Shown: positions 19,826 through 30,527 of the stretch, one piece after another
Layout: every line of letters starts with the position of its first letter
How positions within the stretch are numbered: the first letter of the stretch is position 1
NCBI GenBank assembly: GCA_041495285.1
Contig: JBGQCJ010000001.1
Span: 4,407-68,406 of the forward strand
Origin: Verrucomicrobiia bacterium
GTDB taxonomy: Bacteria > Verrucomicrobiota > Verrucomicrobiia > Palsa-1439
DNA length: 64,000 nucleotides
Direction: 5' to 3'
Notes under the pieces: model-generated
Databases searched by the model: none
What the model was told of the DNA's origin: nothing
What the model saw: the letters and a program-made list of their open reading frames with translations, nothing else
Translations under genes and position numbers: made by a program

Positions 19826-19834
19826 AATGTCATT

Positions 19835-20806
19835 GTGCAACAAGTCCTAATTACCGGGGGTGCGGGGTTTATCGGCTCACATTTGGCGGAGGCGTTGGTG
19901 GCGGAGGACAAGGAGGTTTTCGTCATTGATGATCTTTCAACGGGGTCGATGGCGAACATCGTGAACCTGCAGGAGAATCCCCGGTTTCATTTCACGAAAG
20001 CGTCGGTTTCAAATGGCCGGGCGTTGGACGAGTTAGTCGAGCGCGTTGATTTCATCTATCACCTCGCGGCGGCGGTGGGCGTGGAGTTGGTCGTCCGCAG
20101 TCCGGTATACACGATTGAGGACAATGTGCGGGGCACGGAGAATGTGCTGGCGGCGGCCAGTCGGCGTGGCGTGGGCGTGTTGCTGACTTCGACGTCCGAA
20201 GTGTACGGCAAGAGCGACCGGGAACGGTTCCGGGAAGACGATGATTTGTTGATTGGGCCGCCGACGTTCGGCCGGTGGAGTTATGCGTGCTCGAAACTGT
20301 TGGACGAGTTTCTGGCGATGGCATATTGGCGGGAGAAGAAGTTGGCGGTGTTTATTGCACGATTGTTCAACACAGTCGGACCGCGCCAGACGGGCCGGTA
20401 CGGCATGGTATTGCCGCGATTCGTGGAACAGGCGTTGCGGGATGAGCCAATCACAATTCACGGCGACGGCAAGCAGACGCGCTGTTTTTGTCATGTCAAC
20501 GATGTGGTGCGGGCGTTGGGCAGCTTGCCGCAGCAACGACGCGCCGTGGGCGAGATTTATAATGTCGGCAGCACGGAGGAGGTTTCGATCCTGGAGCTGG
20601 CGCGGCGCGTGAAGTTGCTCACGGAAAGCCGGTCAGAACTCCGTCTCGTACCGTACGAACAGGCTTATGCGAAGGGCTTTGAGGACATGCAGCGGCGCGT
20701 GCCGAGTACCGAGAAAATTTATCAACTGATGGGTTGGCGACCGACGATGTCGCTCGATGAGATTCTACGTTCGATGGTGGAACACAAACGGAACGCGAGC
20801 CGGTGA
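19835..20806 (+). CDS. NAD-dependent nucleotide-sugar epimerase/dehydratase
   Basis: TGGAGFIGSH, STSEVYG, YACSK, RLFNTVGPRQ. Confidence 0.93.
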   Translation: MQQVLITGGAGFIGSHLAEALVAEDKEVFVIDDLSTGSMANIVNLQENPRFHFTKASVSNGRALDELVERVDFIYHLAAAVGVELVVRSPVYTIEDNVRGTENVLAAASRRGVGVLLTSTSEVYGKSDRERFREDDDLLIGPPTFGRWSYACSKLLDEFLAMAYWREKKLAVFIARLFNTVGPRQTGRYGMVLPRFVEQALRDEPITIHGDGKQTRCFCHVNDVVRALGSLPQQRRAVGEIYNVGSTEEVSILELARRVKLLTESRSELRLVPYEQAYAKGFEDMQRRVPSTEKIYQLMGWRPTMSLDEILRSMVEHKRNASR

Positions 20807-20936
20807 GCCGGTTGGCGCCGGTGCGACCGTGAGCGAAATTGCCAATTGAAGTATTGAAATCGAAAAACGGTAGTGCTAGCCTCTGTGGGCTCAATGGTAT
20901 AGGCTATGTCCAAGATGGAATGCCAAGGGAAGTGCC

Positions 20937-21155
20937 GTGAGTGAGAAGCGCGAGATGAACGCCGATTCGAAAGAGATGGTCATGAACTCGGCGCTCTACC
21001 GCGAATTTTTGGCGGAGCGGGAGGAAATCCTGCGCCACAAATGGATCGAGAGCGAGAAGGCCGGGTATGACATCGGATTCGAGCGCGCGCTGCTCGACTG
21101 GATCGTAAAACACCGGTCGAACTGGCGCAGAAGCCGGAAGCAGTCACGGTCGTAA
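20937..21155 (+). CDS. Small conserved protein (DUF4032-like)
   Basis: EILRHKWIESEKAGYDIGFERALLDW motif; upstream TTGAAA-N17-TAGCCT. Confidence 0.8.
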   Translation: MSEKREMNADSKEMVMNSALYREFLAEREEILRHKWIESEKAGYDIGFERALLDWIVKHRSNWRRSRKQSRS

Positions 21156-21180
21156 GAACTGGAGAAACCGACGTTTTTGC

Positions 21181-21212
21181 ACCTTTAAGCTGACCCCGCG
21201 AGGTAGGCAAGG
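21181..21212 (+). promoter_or_regulatory. PyrR-binding RNA element of a pyr attenuator
   Basis: ACCTTTAA-gctgaCCCCGCGAGG-tagGCAAGG resembles the PyrR-site consensus; lies directly upstream of a terminator and pyrR. Confidence 0.8.
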
Positions 21213-21245
21213 AGCAGCGTGGAAGACAGTAAAAATGTAGCTTGG

Positions 21246-21277
21246 CCGTCTGTCCTCACCGGACAAACGGTTTTTTT
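21246..21277 (+). terminator. Intrinsic terminator of the pyr attenuator
   Basis: CCGTCTGTCC-tcacc-GGACAAACGG-TTTTTTT. Confidence 0.85.
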
Positions 21278-21282
21278 GTGCC

Positions 21283-21410
21283 ATGAGCGCGACCCCCCTC
21301 ATGGACGCGGCTGCCATCGAGCGCGCTCTCTTACCCGCATGGCCCACGAGATCGTCGAACGCAATCCGCAGTCAGACAATCTTGCCTTCATCGGCATCCG
21401 CACGCAAGGG
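21283..21410 (+). pseudogene. pyrR: pyrR 5' fragment (frameshifted, truncated)
   Basis: [10 protein letters not shown] / [11 protein letters not shown]...[10 protein letters not shown] split by an extra CT near 21328; similarity ends near 21410. Confidence 0.88.
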
Positions 21411-21845
21411 CGGAGCATGACCGGCAAGCGCTGATCAAAGGGCTCGCCGATGGCACCGTTGAGTGTATTGCGAGCGATCATGCGCCGCACTGCAGTTACG
21501 AGAAGGAAGTGGAGTTCGACTTTGCGCCATTCGGCATCATTTGGACTGGAGACGGAACTGGCGCTTTCCATGGAATTGGTGCGCCAGAAGGTGCTCACCC
21601 TGCCACAGCTCATCGGAAAATTCACAGTGGGTCCGGCGCGGCTGCTGCGCTTGAACAGGGGCACGCTCTCCGTGGGCGCGGACGCGGACATCACTATCAT
21701 TTACCCGGGGAGCGAGTGGATTTACGATGTCGCGCAGTCGGCGAGCAAGGCGCGCAATTCCCCCTTCCACGGCTGGAAGTTTCAAGGCCGGGCGATCACG
21801 ACGATCGTTGGCGGGCGAGTTGTGTGGCGAGACGAAACGAAATGA
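21411..21845 (+). pseudogene. pyrC: Dihydroorotase 3' fragment (frameshifted)
   Basis: [24 protein letters not shown]...APFGII / GLETEL...[11 protein letters not shown]; extra T near 21541; N-terminal two-thirds absent. Confidence 0.9.
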
Positions 21846-23005
21846 ACGGAGTTTTCGCATTGGAAGACGGTACGGTGTTTCGCGGTGATGGTTTCGGCGC
21901 GAAGGCGACGGCCTGCGGCGAGGCCGTGTTCAACACGTCAATTACCGGCTACCAAGAGATTCTTACCGACCCGTCTTACAAAGGCCAGATCGTGGCCATG
22001 ACGTATCCGCAGATCGGCAACTACGGTGTGAACTCGGCCGATGTCGAAAGCTGGCGACCGCACGTGGCCGGATTTCTGGTCAGAGAACTTTCGGACATCG
22101 CATCGAATTGGCGTTCGGAAGCTACTTTGCCGCAATATCTTGCACGGTATGATATTCCGGCGGTTCAAGGAGTGGACACGCGCGCGTTGACGAAAGTCCT
22201 GCGCGTGAAGGGCGCGATGAAGTCCTGCGTTTCGACGGAGGGAATCAGCGACAAGGAGGCGGTCGTGCGCGCTCGTGAGTGGAAGGGCATCGTTGGCGTG
22301 GACTACGTGAAGGAGGTGACGCATCGCAAAGCCTTCCTTTGGGATCCGGACGACAAACTCAGTCACAACTGGAAAATCGAGCGCGCGCCGGACGGACAGA
22401 TGCGATATAGCGATGAATTGCCGATCGCCGACTTGCCGATCGTCGCATTCGATTTTGGCATCAAGTACAACATTTTGCGGCGACTGCGACAGCGCGGATT
22501 CCGGGTGGAGGTGGTTCCAGCCGGTACGAGTGCCAGTGAGGTGATGAAGTACCGGCCGCGCGGCGTCTTTCTGTCGAACGGCCCCGGAGATCCCGAGGCG
22601 CTCGACTACGCACACAAGTCCGTGCGCGAGTTGCTTGGAGTGTTGCCGATCTTCGGAATCTGCCTCGGCCATCAGATACTCGGCTTTGCGTTTGGCGGCC
22701 GGACGTTCAAGCTAAAGTTCGGTCACCGCGGTGGCAATCAGCCGGTCAAAGACTTGACATCTGGAAATGTTACAATCACTGCACAGAATCACGGCTTTGC
22801 TGTTGATCCGAAGAGCGTCGAGGATAAAGACGTGGAGATTACGCAGATCAACCTAAACGACCAAACTGTTGAAGGGATGCGTCACAAGAAGTACCCGGTA
22901 TTCAGCGTTCAGTACCATCCGGAAGCGTCGCCAGGTCCGCATGATGCCGGCTTTCTGTTTGATGAATTTCGACGGCTGATCGAGTCGTCTGCCGGCAGGA
23001 GATAG
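21842..23005 (+). CDS. carA: Carbamoyl-phosphate synthase small subunit
   Basis: [44 protein letters not shown]; ATGA overlap with the pyrC remnant. Confidence 0.97.
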   Translation: MNGVFALEDGTVFRGDGFGAKATACGEAVFNTSITGYQEILTDPSYKGQIVAMTYPQIGNYGVNSADVESWRPHVAGFLVRELSDIASNWRSEATLPQYLARYDIPAVQGVDTRALTKVLRVKGAMKSCVSTEGISDKEAVVRAREWKGIVGVDYVKEVTHRKAFLWDPDDKLSHNWKIERAPDGQMRYSDELPIADLPIVAFDFGIKYNILRRLRQRGFRVEVVPAGTSASEVMKYRPRGVFLSNGPGDPEALDYAHKSVRELLGVLPIFGICLGHQILGFAFGGRTFKLKFGHRGGNQPVKDLTSGNVTITAQNHGFAVDPKSVEDKDVEITQINLNDQTVEGMRHKKYPVFSVQYHPEASPGPHDAGFLFDEFRRLIESSAGRR

Positions 23006-23010
23006 GCCTC

Positions 23011-24837
23011 CTAAGAGGACACCGATGTTGTCTCGCCCGCCCTCTTGAGCCACACGAGCAAGATGGCGACATCGGCGGGTGTCACACCGGAGATTCGAGA
23101 CGCTTGGCCGATGGAATCTGGTCGAAAGCGGTTTAGCTTCTGGCGAGATTCAAAGCGCAATGCAGTAATCTTGTCGTATTCGACCCAAGGTGGAATCCGT
23201 TTGTCTTCGAGGCGCTTGAATCTGCCGATTTGCTCAAAGTCGCGGGCAATATAGCCTTGGTACTTGATCTGCGTTTCAACCTGATGCTGCACATCCTCCG
23301 GTAGGGTTAAGTCCGCAACCGCGATCGACTTGTAGGTCACTTCAGGTCGGCGGAGCACCTCTGCATAACTGCACCCACCATCACGGGTTGCCGTCAATCG
23401 AGCGATCTCAGCCTCAATGCGCGCGCGCTTGGCAGTAAACATCTCCCAATGCGCACTTGATACTGAGCCGACCTCGCGCCCGATTGGAGTGAGGCGAAGG
23501 TCGGCGTTGTCCTGCCGGAGTTGAAGCCGGTATTCGGCGCGTGAAGTAAACATGCGATAAGGTTCGTCGGTGCTCTTTGTAATCAAATCGTCGATCAACA
23601 CTCCGATGTAACTGTCTGCCCGTGTGAGAGTTACCTGCTGACTGCCGCTCGCTTTTCGAGCTGCGTTGATCCCGGCAACGATGCCTTGTGCGGCCGCCTC
23701 TTCGTATCCTGAGGTGCCGTTAATCTGGCCGGCGAAGTAGAGGCTCTCCACCCGTTTCGTTTCAAGCGTTGGATGGAGTTGATACGGGAGGCTGTAGTCG
23801 TATTCCACGGCATAGGCCGGGCGCATAACTTCGGCGTTCTCCAAACCGATGATCGACCTGATCATCTCGATTTGCACATCCTCCGGTAGGCTGGTGGAGG
23901 CGCCGTTCACGTAGAATTCATCTGTGGCCCGGCCCTCTGGTTCGAGAAAGATCTGGTGCCGCTCTTTCTCGGCAAACTTCACGACTTTGTCTTCGATGGA
24001 GGGGCAATAACGCGGGCCAACACCCTTAATCTGCCCGGAGTACATTGGAGACCGGTGCAGGTTCGCGCGGATGATGTCTTTGGTCTTCTCCGTCGTGTAG
24101 GTGACGTAACAAGGGACTTGTTCCACGTGGAACGTTGCCGGCGTGCGGTATGAAAAGAACGAGATGGGGTCATCACCGGGTTGTTTATCCATCTTTGAGA
24201 AGTCTATAGACCGCCGATTCAATCTTGGCGGAGTCCCGGTCTTGAGCCGGCCCAGCTCGAAACCGAGCCGGCTCAGGCTATCTGAGAGCGAATAGGCGGC
24301 CGGCTCACCAGCGCGACCAGATTCGACCATCGTCTCGCCGATATGGATCAGACCACGCAGGAATGTCCCTGTTGTGACGATTACGGCATCACCTTCGTAC
24401 CGGACCTGCATCTTGGTAGTGACACCGCGCACACGGTCGCCCTGAACGATCAAATCCTCGATCATCGCCTGCTTCACATCCAAGTTGGCTTGGCGCTCGA
24501 CGATCCATTTAAGCCGAAACTGGTAGGCCTTCTTGTCACATTGAGCACGCGGTGCCCGGACCGCAGGTCCCTTCTTCATATTGAGCATTCTGAATTGAAT
24601 GCCGGTCTGATCGGTGTTCACGCCCATTTCACCGCCCAAGGCGTCGACTTCACGCGCCAAGTGTCCTTTCGCCAAACCGCCAATGGCCGGGTTGCAGGAC
24701 ATCTGGCCAATCGTATCGAGATTGGTCGTTAGAAGCAGTGTTTCGCAACCCATCCTTGCCGCTGCAAGTGCGGCCTCGGTACCGGCATGGCCGGCACCGA
24801 TAACGATGACGTTGTAGTGTTTGGGGAATACAAACAT
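23011..24837 (-). CDS. mnmG: tRNA uridine-5-carboxymethylaminomethyl modification enzyme MnmG
   Basis: [40 protein letters not shown]. Confidence 0.98.
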   Translation of the reverse strand: MFVFPKHYNVIVIGAGHAGTEAALAAARMGCETLLLTTNLDTIGQMSCNPAIGGLAKGHLAREVDALGGEMGVNTDQTGIQFRMLNMKKGPAVRAPRAQCDKKAYQFRLKWIVERQANLDVKQAMIEDLIVQGDRVRGVTTKMQVRYEGDAVIVTTGTFLRGLIHIGETMVESGRAGEPAAYSLSDSLSRLGFELGRLKTGTPPRLNRRSIDFSKMDKQPGDDPISFFSYRTPATFHVEQVPCYVTYTTEKTKDIIRANLHRSPMYSGQIKGVGPRYCPSIEDKVVKFAEKERHQIFLEPEGRATDEFYVNGASTSLPEDVQIEMIRSIIGLENAEVMRPAYAVEYDYSLPYQLHPTLETKRVESLYFAGQINGTSGYEEAAAQGIVAGINAARKASGSQQVTLTRADSYIGVLIDDLITKSTDEPYRMFTSRAEYRLQLRQDNADLRLTPIGREVGSVSSAHWEMFTAKRARIEAEIARLTATRDGGCSYAEVLRRPEVTYKSIAVADLTLPEDVQHQVETQIKYQGYIARDFEQIGRFKRLEDKRIPPWVEYDKITALRFESRQKLNRFRPDSIGQASRISGVTPADVAILLVWLKRAGETTSVSS

Positions 24838-24843
24838 GATGAG

Positions 24844-26205
24844 TTACTTTCCGATGCAGAAGGTGCTGAAAATTTTTTCCAAAATGTCGTCGGTTGCTGT
24901 CTTGCCAACGATCTCTCCAACGGCATCAAGCCCGGCACGAAGTTGCTGCGCCAAGACTTCGAGAGATGAATTTGCTTTCATCTGGTCTACAACTTCTGTC
25001 AATGAATTTATTGAACGCCGCAAAGCGTCAGCGTGGCGTTCGTTGATTGCGACGCCAAGATGCATTGATCCACCGCAGCCATTCCAAACAAGAGTTTCTA
25101 TACGATCCTTCAGTTCCTCGATGCCTGTTCCGGTGAGCGCTGATACTTCAACTGTCGTATCGCTCTCCAGTTCGCGTGGAAGCTTGATCCGTCTCGGGAG
25201 ATCGACCTTGTTACAGACGGTGATCGTGCGCCGAGAATCACAAAGGTTGGCGAGTTCCCGGTCTGCGTCAGAGAACGGTCGTGAGTAGTCAAAAATATGC
25301 AATGCCAAGTCACTGTGCTGCAAGGTATTACGACTTCGCCCGACGCCAAGTTTCTCGACCGCACCACGAGCGTTGCGAATGCCGGCAGTGTCGCTCAGGC
25401 GCACTGGAATGCCGCGGATGTTGGCGAGTTCTTCGATGGTGTCTCGGGTCGTGCCGGGAATCGGCGTGACGATTGATCGCTCTTGACCAAGAAGCGCATT
25501 CATAACGCTGGATTTGCCAACGTTCGGTCGGCCGACAATGGCGAGCGAAACTCCGGCGCGGAGAATTTGGCCTTCGCTGGCTGTGGCGAGGATGGATTTG
25601 AGGAAGTCCATGGCCGACTGAAGGTCATGCAGAAGCTTCTCGCGCGTGTTTGGTGCAATGTCTTCGTCGGGAAAATCCAAGTGAGCTTCGATGTGGGCAA
25701 GGATCGTGACAAGCCGGTCGCGCGCTTCATTCACTTTGGTCGAAAGATGGCCTTGGAGCGCGTGGATGGCGGCGGACTGCGCGCGCTCTGTGCGTGCATG
25801 AATCAAATCCATGACCGCTTCGGCCTGAATGAGGTCCATGCGGCCATTCAGGAAGGCGCGCTTCGTGAATTCGCCCGGCTCGGCGAGCCGGGCACCGTGC
25901 TGCAGGCAAAGTGAGAGGATTTTTTTCGCAGGCAGCAACCCGCCGTGGCAGTTGATCTCAACAACATCCTCGGCGGTATAGGTGCGAGGAGCGCGCATGA
26001 CCGAGAGCATGACTTGGTCGGCGGTTTCGCCGTTCGAGCCGATCGTGCCGAAGTGAATGGTGTGGCTCGCGAACTGGGACGGCGGGCCTTGGCGCGAGTT
26101 GAAGAGGGCGTCAGCGACTGCAAATGCGCGCGCGCCGGAAACGCGCACGATAGCTATGCCGCCCTCACCAATGGGGGTAGAAATTGCTGCAATGGTGTCT
26201 TCCAT
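24844..26205 (-). CDS. mnmE: tRNA modification GTPase MnmE
   Basis: DTIAAISTP, GRPNVGKSS, GTTRD, C-terminal FCIGK. Confidence 0.98.
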   Translation of the reverse strand: MEDTIAAISTPIGEGGIAIVRVSGARAFAVADALFNSRQGPPSQFASHTIHFGTIGSNGETADQVMLSVMRAPRTYTAEDVVEINCHGGLLPAKKILSLCLQHGARLAEPGEFTKRAFLNGRMDLIQAEAVMDLIHARTERAQSAAIHALQGHLSTKVNEARDRLVTILAHIEAHLDFPDEDIAPNTREKLLHDLQSAMDFLKSILATASEGQILRAGVSLAIVGRPNVGKSSVMNALLGQERSIVTPIPGTTRDTIEELANIRGIPVRLSDTAGIRNARGAVEKLGVGRSRNTLQHSDLALHIFDYSRPFSDADRELANLCDSRRTITVCNKVDLPRRIKLPRELESDTTVEVSALTGTGIEELKDRIETLVWNGCGGSMHLGVAINERHADALRRSINSLTEVVDQMKANSSLEVLAQQLRAGLDAVGEIVGKTATDDILEKIFSTFCIGK

Positions 26206-26291
26206 CTACTTCTCGCCCTGAGACAGGCGCGAAGTATAGCAGACGAAACCGGATTTTCAACCGGCAAGCTTCACAGGGAAGTGGCGGTGTT

Positions 26292-27386
26292 CTATGCCGA
26301 CGCGAGAATGCGACGGGATTCGTCGAGGAAGATGCCGCGGAAATTCATCTTCAAAGCTTCCGGGTTGGTGGCTCGGGCCAATGCGTTCTCTTCGGTGATC
26401 ATCTTCGCTTTCACCAATTTGAAGAGCGACTGATTGAAAGTCTGCATCCCATCCTCGGTGCCGGTTTCGATGGCGGCGAAAAGCTTATCGAGCCGGTTTT
26501 CTTCAATCATCTTCCGGACCGTTGGCGTATTGGTCATGATCTCAACCGCCGGTACGACACCGCCTGCCGTGGCCGGAACGAGTCGCTGACAGATCACGGC
26601 GTGCAGGGTGGTGGCAAGTTGGCGTCGGATCTGGTCGCGTTCGTGCGAAGGAAAAAAATCGAGAATGCGTCCTATCGCTTGATAGGCGGTGGTCGTGTGC
26701 AGCGTGGTCAGCACCAGATGACCGGTATCGGCGGCCGCCAGCGCGGCCATGAAGGACTGGCTGTCGCGCATCTCGCCGATCATGATGACGTCCGGGTCTT
26801 GGCGCATGACGTGGACCAGCGCGCGCTCAAAGCTCAGCGTATCGAGACCCACTTCGCGTTGTTCGATGACGGACTGCTTGTCCTCAAATATATATTCGAT
26901 CGGATCTTCCAGCGTGATGATGTGACACTTCTCCGTTTGGTTGATGTGCTCCATCATCGCGGCCAGGGTGCTGGACTTGCCGCAGCCGGTCGTACCGCTC
27001 ACCAATACGATGCCGCGTTCGGCAGTGGCGATCTTGCCAATCTGCTCGGGGAGGTGCAACTCCTCGAACGAGGGAATGTGAGCCTTGACGTGCCGCAGGG
27101 CGACGCACAGCAGACCGCGTTGGTAAAAGACGTTCGCACGGAACCGGCCCAAGGATTCATCGAGGTAGGAAAAATCGACTTCCTTCTCGCGTTCGAGTCG
27201 TGCCTCCAGATGGCGCGGCAAAATGTGACGCACCAACTCCTCCACTTGTTCCTTGCTGGGCGGATCGACTTGCACAGGAAACAGCTCACCGGCGATGCGG
27301 ATGGTGGCGTGGTGACCGGACTTGATGTGAATGTCCGACGCGCCCATGTTGACGGCAAATTTCAGGAGGCTGTGGAGATATTCCAT
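26292..27386 (-). CDS. PilT/PilU-family type IV pilus retraction ATPase
   Basis: GTTGCGKS, TLEDPIE, RQDPDVIMIGEMRD, TGHLVLTTLH, GMQTF. Confidence 0.93.
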   Translation of the reverse strand: MEYLHSLLKFAVNMGASDIHIKSGHHATIRIAGELFPVQVDPPSKEQVEELVRHILPRHLEARLEREKEVDFSYLDESLGRFRANVFYQRGLLCVALRHVKAHIPSFEELHLPEQIGKIATAERGIVLVSGTTGCGKSSTLAAMMEHINQTEKCHIITLEDPIEYIFEDKQSVIEQREVGLDTLSFERALVHVMRQDPDVIMIGEMRDSQSFMAALAAADTGHLVLTTLHTTTAYQAIGRILDFFPSHERDQIRRQLATTLHAVICQRLVPATAGGVVPAVEIMTNTPTVRKMIEENRLDKLFAAIETGTEDGMQTFNQSLFKLVKAKMITEENALARATNPEALKMNFRGIFLDESRRILASA

Positions 27387-27389
27387 TCG

Positions 27390-27752
27390 TTAGCGTGAGA
27401 TTGAGATGCTGAGGGGACGAGTATCGGCAGGAGCGGCGGCGAGGTGGGCGTGCGCCCGCTTGGGAAGGTCGAGAAACAACAACGCGACTTCGAACCCCTT
27501 CCCTTGTTCTCGCCGTAGACATTGGACAACCACTCCGCGGCAACCGATGTTCTGATCCTTGTGTGCCCCCGTGTGAGGCAAGCGCATCTCCACGCCAACT
27601 TCGGTCCATTCGGGCAAGAACGTATCGGTTACGAACGTGATACCCTTGGGACTCAGATGGAAGATTTTGTCGAGAACGGCAGCTTTGCGGACACGTCGGT
27701 GCTTCATCTCCGCGTCGAACACACCGGACACATCTCTTTTTGTCACTGCCAT
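27390..27752 (-). CDS. PilZ-like domain protein
   Basis: LSPKGI..., CRGVVVQC, FEVALLF resemble a PilZ beta-barrel. Confidence 0.65.
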   Translation of the reverse strand: MAVTKRDVSGVFDAEMKHRRVRKAAVLDKIFHLSPKGITFVTDTFLPEWTEVGVEMRLPHTGAHKDQNIGCRGVVVQCLRREQGKGFEVALLFLDLPKRAHAHLAAAPADTRPLSISISR

Positions 27753-27776
27753 AAGTTCTCTCGAAAACCGCGCGGC

Positions 27777-27805
27777 AATCTAGCACCGCACACCCACGGT
27801 GTCAA
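27777..27805 (-). promoter_or_regulatory. sigma70 promoter for the PilZ-like/pilT operon
   Basis: TTGACA-N17-TAGATT with TGn extension. Confidence 0.7.
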
Positions 27806-27825
27806 CGAATCGTCCGCTGGAAAAC

Positions 27826-28857
27826 TCACCACTGAATCACGCACGACGCCCAAGTCAATCCGCTGCCAAACACGACCAACAGGATCAAGTCCCCGCGTTG
27901 GAAGCGACCTTCACGTGCCGCTTCATCCAACGCAATGGCGACTGAAGCAGCAGAAACATTGCCATACCGGTGCAGATTGACGTAAACCTTCTCCATCGGC
28001 GCACCCAACCGGTCCGCAATCGCTTCCAGAATCCGGATGTTCGCTTGGTGCGGGATGACACACTTAATGTCGTCGATCGTCAGATTACACTTTTTAAGCG
28101 CCTCTTGAGCCGCAGTTTGCATCGCTATGACCGCGCTCTTAAAGACTTCCTTGCCGGACATTTTCAAGTAGTGCATCCGCCCGCTGACCGATTCCTTCGA
28201 AGCCGGATAGCGTGCCCCGCCGGCCGGCATCAGCAGAATATCCGCCTGCGAACCGTCCGCCCCCATGCATGTCGTCAAAATCCCGTGATCTTCTCCCCGG
28301 CTGCGAAGCACCGCCGCGCCGGCGCCGTCGCCAAACAACACGCATGTGGCCCGGTCTTCCCAATCCACGATAGTGGAAAGTTTTTCAGCGCCGATCACCA
28401 ACACCGTGTCGTACGTGCCGGAGGTGATGAACTGCTGGCCGATTTCAAGTCCGTACAAGAACCCAGAGCACGCCGCTTCCATATCGAACGCCGCCGCCCG
28501 CTTCGCGCCGATTTTCTGTTGGATGAGACACGCTGTGGCCGGGAACGGCATATCCGGAGTGATTGTCGCGCAGATGATCAGATCAATTTCATCCTCGCGA
28601 ATCCCCGCTTGCTTCATCGCGCGACGCGCGGCCTCGGTACCCATGTCCGATGTGCACATGCTATCCGGCGCGATGCGCCGCTCACGAATGCCCGAACGCG
28701 AGAAAATCCACTCGTCGGTGGTGTCCACCATTTTCTCCAAGTCGGCATTGGTCAGCACCCGGTCGGGCACATACGAGCCGGTACCGACGATGTGCACGGA
28801 CCTAAGAGGTCGCTTCGACCTGGGATTGTGTAATTGTGTTTTGCTCGACTTTGTCAT
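27826..28857 (-). CDS. fabH: 3-oxoacyl-ACP synthase III
   Basis: AACSGF, FGDGAGA, PHQANIRI, YGNVSAAS; start at MTKSSK. Confidence 0.96.
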   Translation of the reverse strand: MTKSSKTQLHNPRSKRPLRSVHIVGTGSYVPDRVLTNADLEKMVDTTDEWIFSRSGIRERRIAPDSMCTSDMGTEAARRAMKQAGIREDEIDLIICATITPDMPFPATACLIQQKIGAKRAAAFDMEAACSGFLYGLEIGQQFITSGTYDTVLVIGAEKLSTIVDWEDRATCVLFGDGAGAAVLRSRGEDHGILTTCMGADGSQADILLMPAGGARYPASKESVSGRMHYLKMSGKEVFKSAVIAMQTAAQEALKKCNLTIDDIKCVIPHQANIRILEAIADRLGAPMEKVYVNLHRYGNVSAASVAIALDEAAREGRFQRGDLILLVVFGSGLTWASCVIQW

Positions 28858-29851
28858 GGAACTTTCGGACTTCGGCCACGATGTGCTCGTTGAACTGGCT
28901 TTCCACAAATTCTGTCGCCAGACGAATCGCGTTCTTGAGTGCTTTGGGTGAACTGGCCCCGTGCGCTTTGATGCAAATGCCGTTGATTCCCAGTAGCACC
29001 GCGCCGCCGTACTCGTCAGGATCGAGCTTGCGCTTGAGCGCCTTGAACGCGCCACGCGCGAGTAGTGCGCCGGCGATGCGCATCGGGCTTTTCATCATTT
29101 CTTCTTTGAGCCAAAGGGCTACCACGCGCGCTGTGCTTTCGCAGGCTTTCAGGACCGCGTTGCCGACGAATGCATCGGTCACCACCACGTCCGCGATGTC
29201 TGCAAAAAGATCGTGACCGTCAATGTTGCCAATGAAATTCAGGTCCGTCTGTTTGAGGAGCCGGTGGGCTTCGAGCGACAGTTCGTTACCTTTCATGTCT
29301 TCTGAGCCAATGGAAAACACACCAACGCGCGGGCACTTGTAGCCGAGGATTTGCTTGGAGTACAAGCTGCCCATGATGGCGTACTGCACGAGATTGGACG
29401 GATGCGGTTCAAGGTTCGCGCCGGCATCCATCATCACGAAAACATTCTGCGGCGCGGGAATGAGCACGGCCAATCCGGGACGGTCAATGCCTTCGAGCGT
29501 GCGCAATTTCAGGTGTGATGCCGTGAGCAGCGCGCCGGTATTGCCCGCGGAAACGACGGCGTCAGCGTCGCCCTTCTTGACGAGATCAATCGCGCGGCAC
29601 ATCGAGCTGTCTTTCTTGCGCCGGACGGCTTGCACGGCCGGATCGTGCATTTCGATAATCTCGCTGGCGTGTTGGACTTCGATGCGGGGGTCAACGGCAC
29701 CGTGCTTGCGGAGTTCGGCCTCGACGCGCGCGCGATCACCAACCAGAAACAAGCGGACAATCTGCCTGCTGTCGCGGAGAGCGTCCACCGCTCCGGCAAC
29801 GATGTTCTGGGGGGCAAAGTCCCCACCCATCGCATCGACGGCGATTCTCAT
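28802..29851 (-). CDS. plsX: Phosphate acyltransferase PlsX
   Basis: IAVDAMGGDFAP, SAGNTGA, DAGAN, KAHGAS. Confidence 0.97.
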   Translation of the reverse strand: MRIAVDAMGGDFAPQNIVAGAVDALRDSRQIVRLFLVGDRARVEAELRKHGAVDPRIEVQHASEIIEMHDPAVQAVRRKKDSSMCRAIDLVKKGDADAVVSAGNTGALLTASHLKLRTLEGIDRPGLAVLIPAPQNVFVMMDAGANLEPHPSNLVQYAIMGSLYSKQILGYKCPRVGVFSIGSEDMKGNELSLEAHRLLKQTDLNFIGNIDGHDLFADIADVVVTDAFVGNAVLKACESTARVVALWLKEEMMKSPMRIAGALLARGAFKALKRKLDPDEYGGAVLLGINGICIKAHGASSPKALKNAIRLATEFVESQFNEHIVAEVRKFHDKVEQNTITQSQVEATS

Positions 29852-29863
29852 TTCAACCGGCCA

Positions 29864-30049
29864 TTACGCGGCGCTTACCGAGATGACCTGACGGCCTTTG
29901 TAGTAGCCGCAGGATGGACAGACGCGGTGTGGTCGCACTCGCGCGCCGCATTGCGAGCAGACCGACAATTGGGGAGGCGATTTCGGACGGTTCGCGGCCT
30001 TGCGCGTGCGCAGGCGCATCTTGGACATTCGTCGTTTCGGTACACCCAT
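29864..30049 (-). CDS. rpmF: 50S ribosomal protein L32
   Basis: MGVPKRR, CxxC..PHRVCxxCGYY. Confidence 0.97.
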   Translation of the reverse strand: MGVPKRRMSKMRLRTRKAANRPKSPPQLSVCSQCGARVRPHRVCPSCGYYKGRQVISVSAA

Positions 30050-30066
30050 GAGGAAACCAGCCTCCG

Positions 30067-30525
30067 TTACTTAAGTTTTATCTGATCCAGCGCATGCCAG
30101 CGCAAGTCCCCCCGGGACGATGCACACCGGCACGGGCCTTCGTTCAAGTCCTGACCGCAACTCGGGCAAAGCCCTTTGCAGTCTTCTTCGCACAAAGCCC
30201 GTTGCGGAAGTTCGAGGATAATATCTTCACGAATACTGGCCGTCAAGTCCACGAAATCCTCGCCGTGCAACTCGTGGTGGAACACAAACTGGCCGACTTG
30301 CAGCGGCAGCTTGAATGTTTTCAGGCAGCGGCTGCACCGCAACGTGGCCGGTGTCTCCAGCGTGCCGGTGACCAGCAAGGCATTTCCTTGGATTTGCGCG
30401 AGCAACTCGTACTCGACATCGTCTTGAAAGCGTACATCCGGCTCGTCCAGCTCCATGACTGAGCCTGGCTCGCTCCCTTGCAGCGTTTCCCCTTCCGGGG
30501 GAATCCGTTTAACGTTGATTCTCAT
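30067..30525 (-). CDS. YceD/DUF177 family protein
   Basis: [23 protein letters not shown]; upstream of rpmF. Confidence 0.93.
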   Translation of the reverse strand: MRINVKRIPPEGETLQGSEPGSVMELDEPDVRFQDDVEYELLAQIQGNALLVTGTLETPATLRCSRCLKTFKLPLQVGQFVFHHELHGEDFVDLTASIREDIILELPQRALCEEDCKGLCPSCGQDLNEGPCRCASSRGDLRWHALDQIKLK

Positions 30526-30527
30526 GA

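Noticed and set aside
21509-21841. N-terminal extension of CarA
   Set aside because: Derives from the frameshifted pyrC remnant; CarA similarity starts at ATG 21842
21283-21845. Programmed frameshifting making a functional PyrR-PyrC fusion
   Set aside because: It would need several shifts, and both proteins lack most of their catalytic domains
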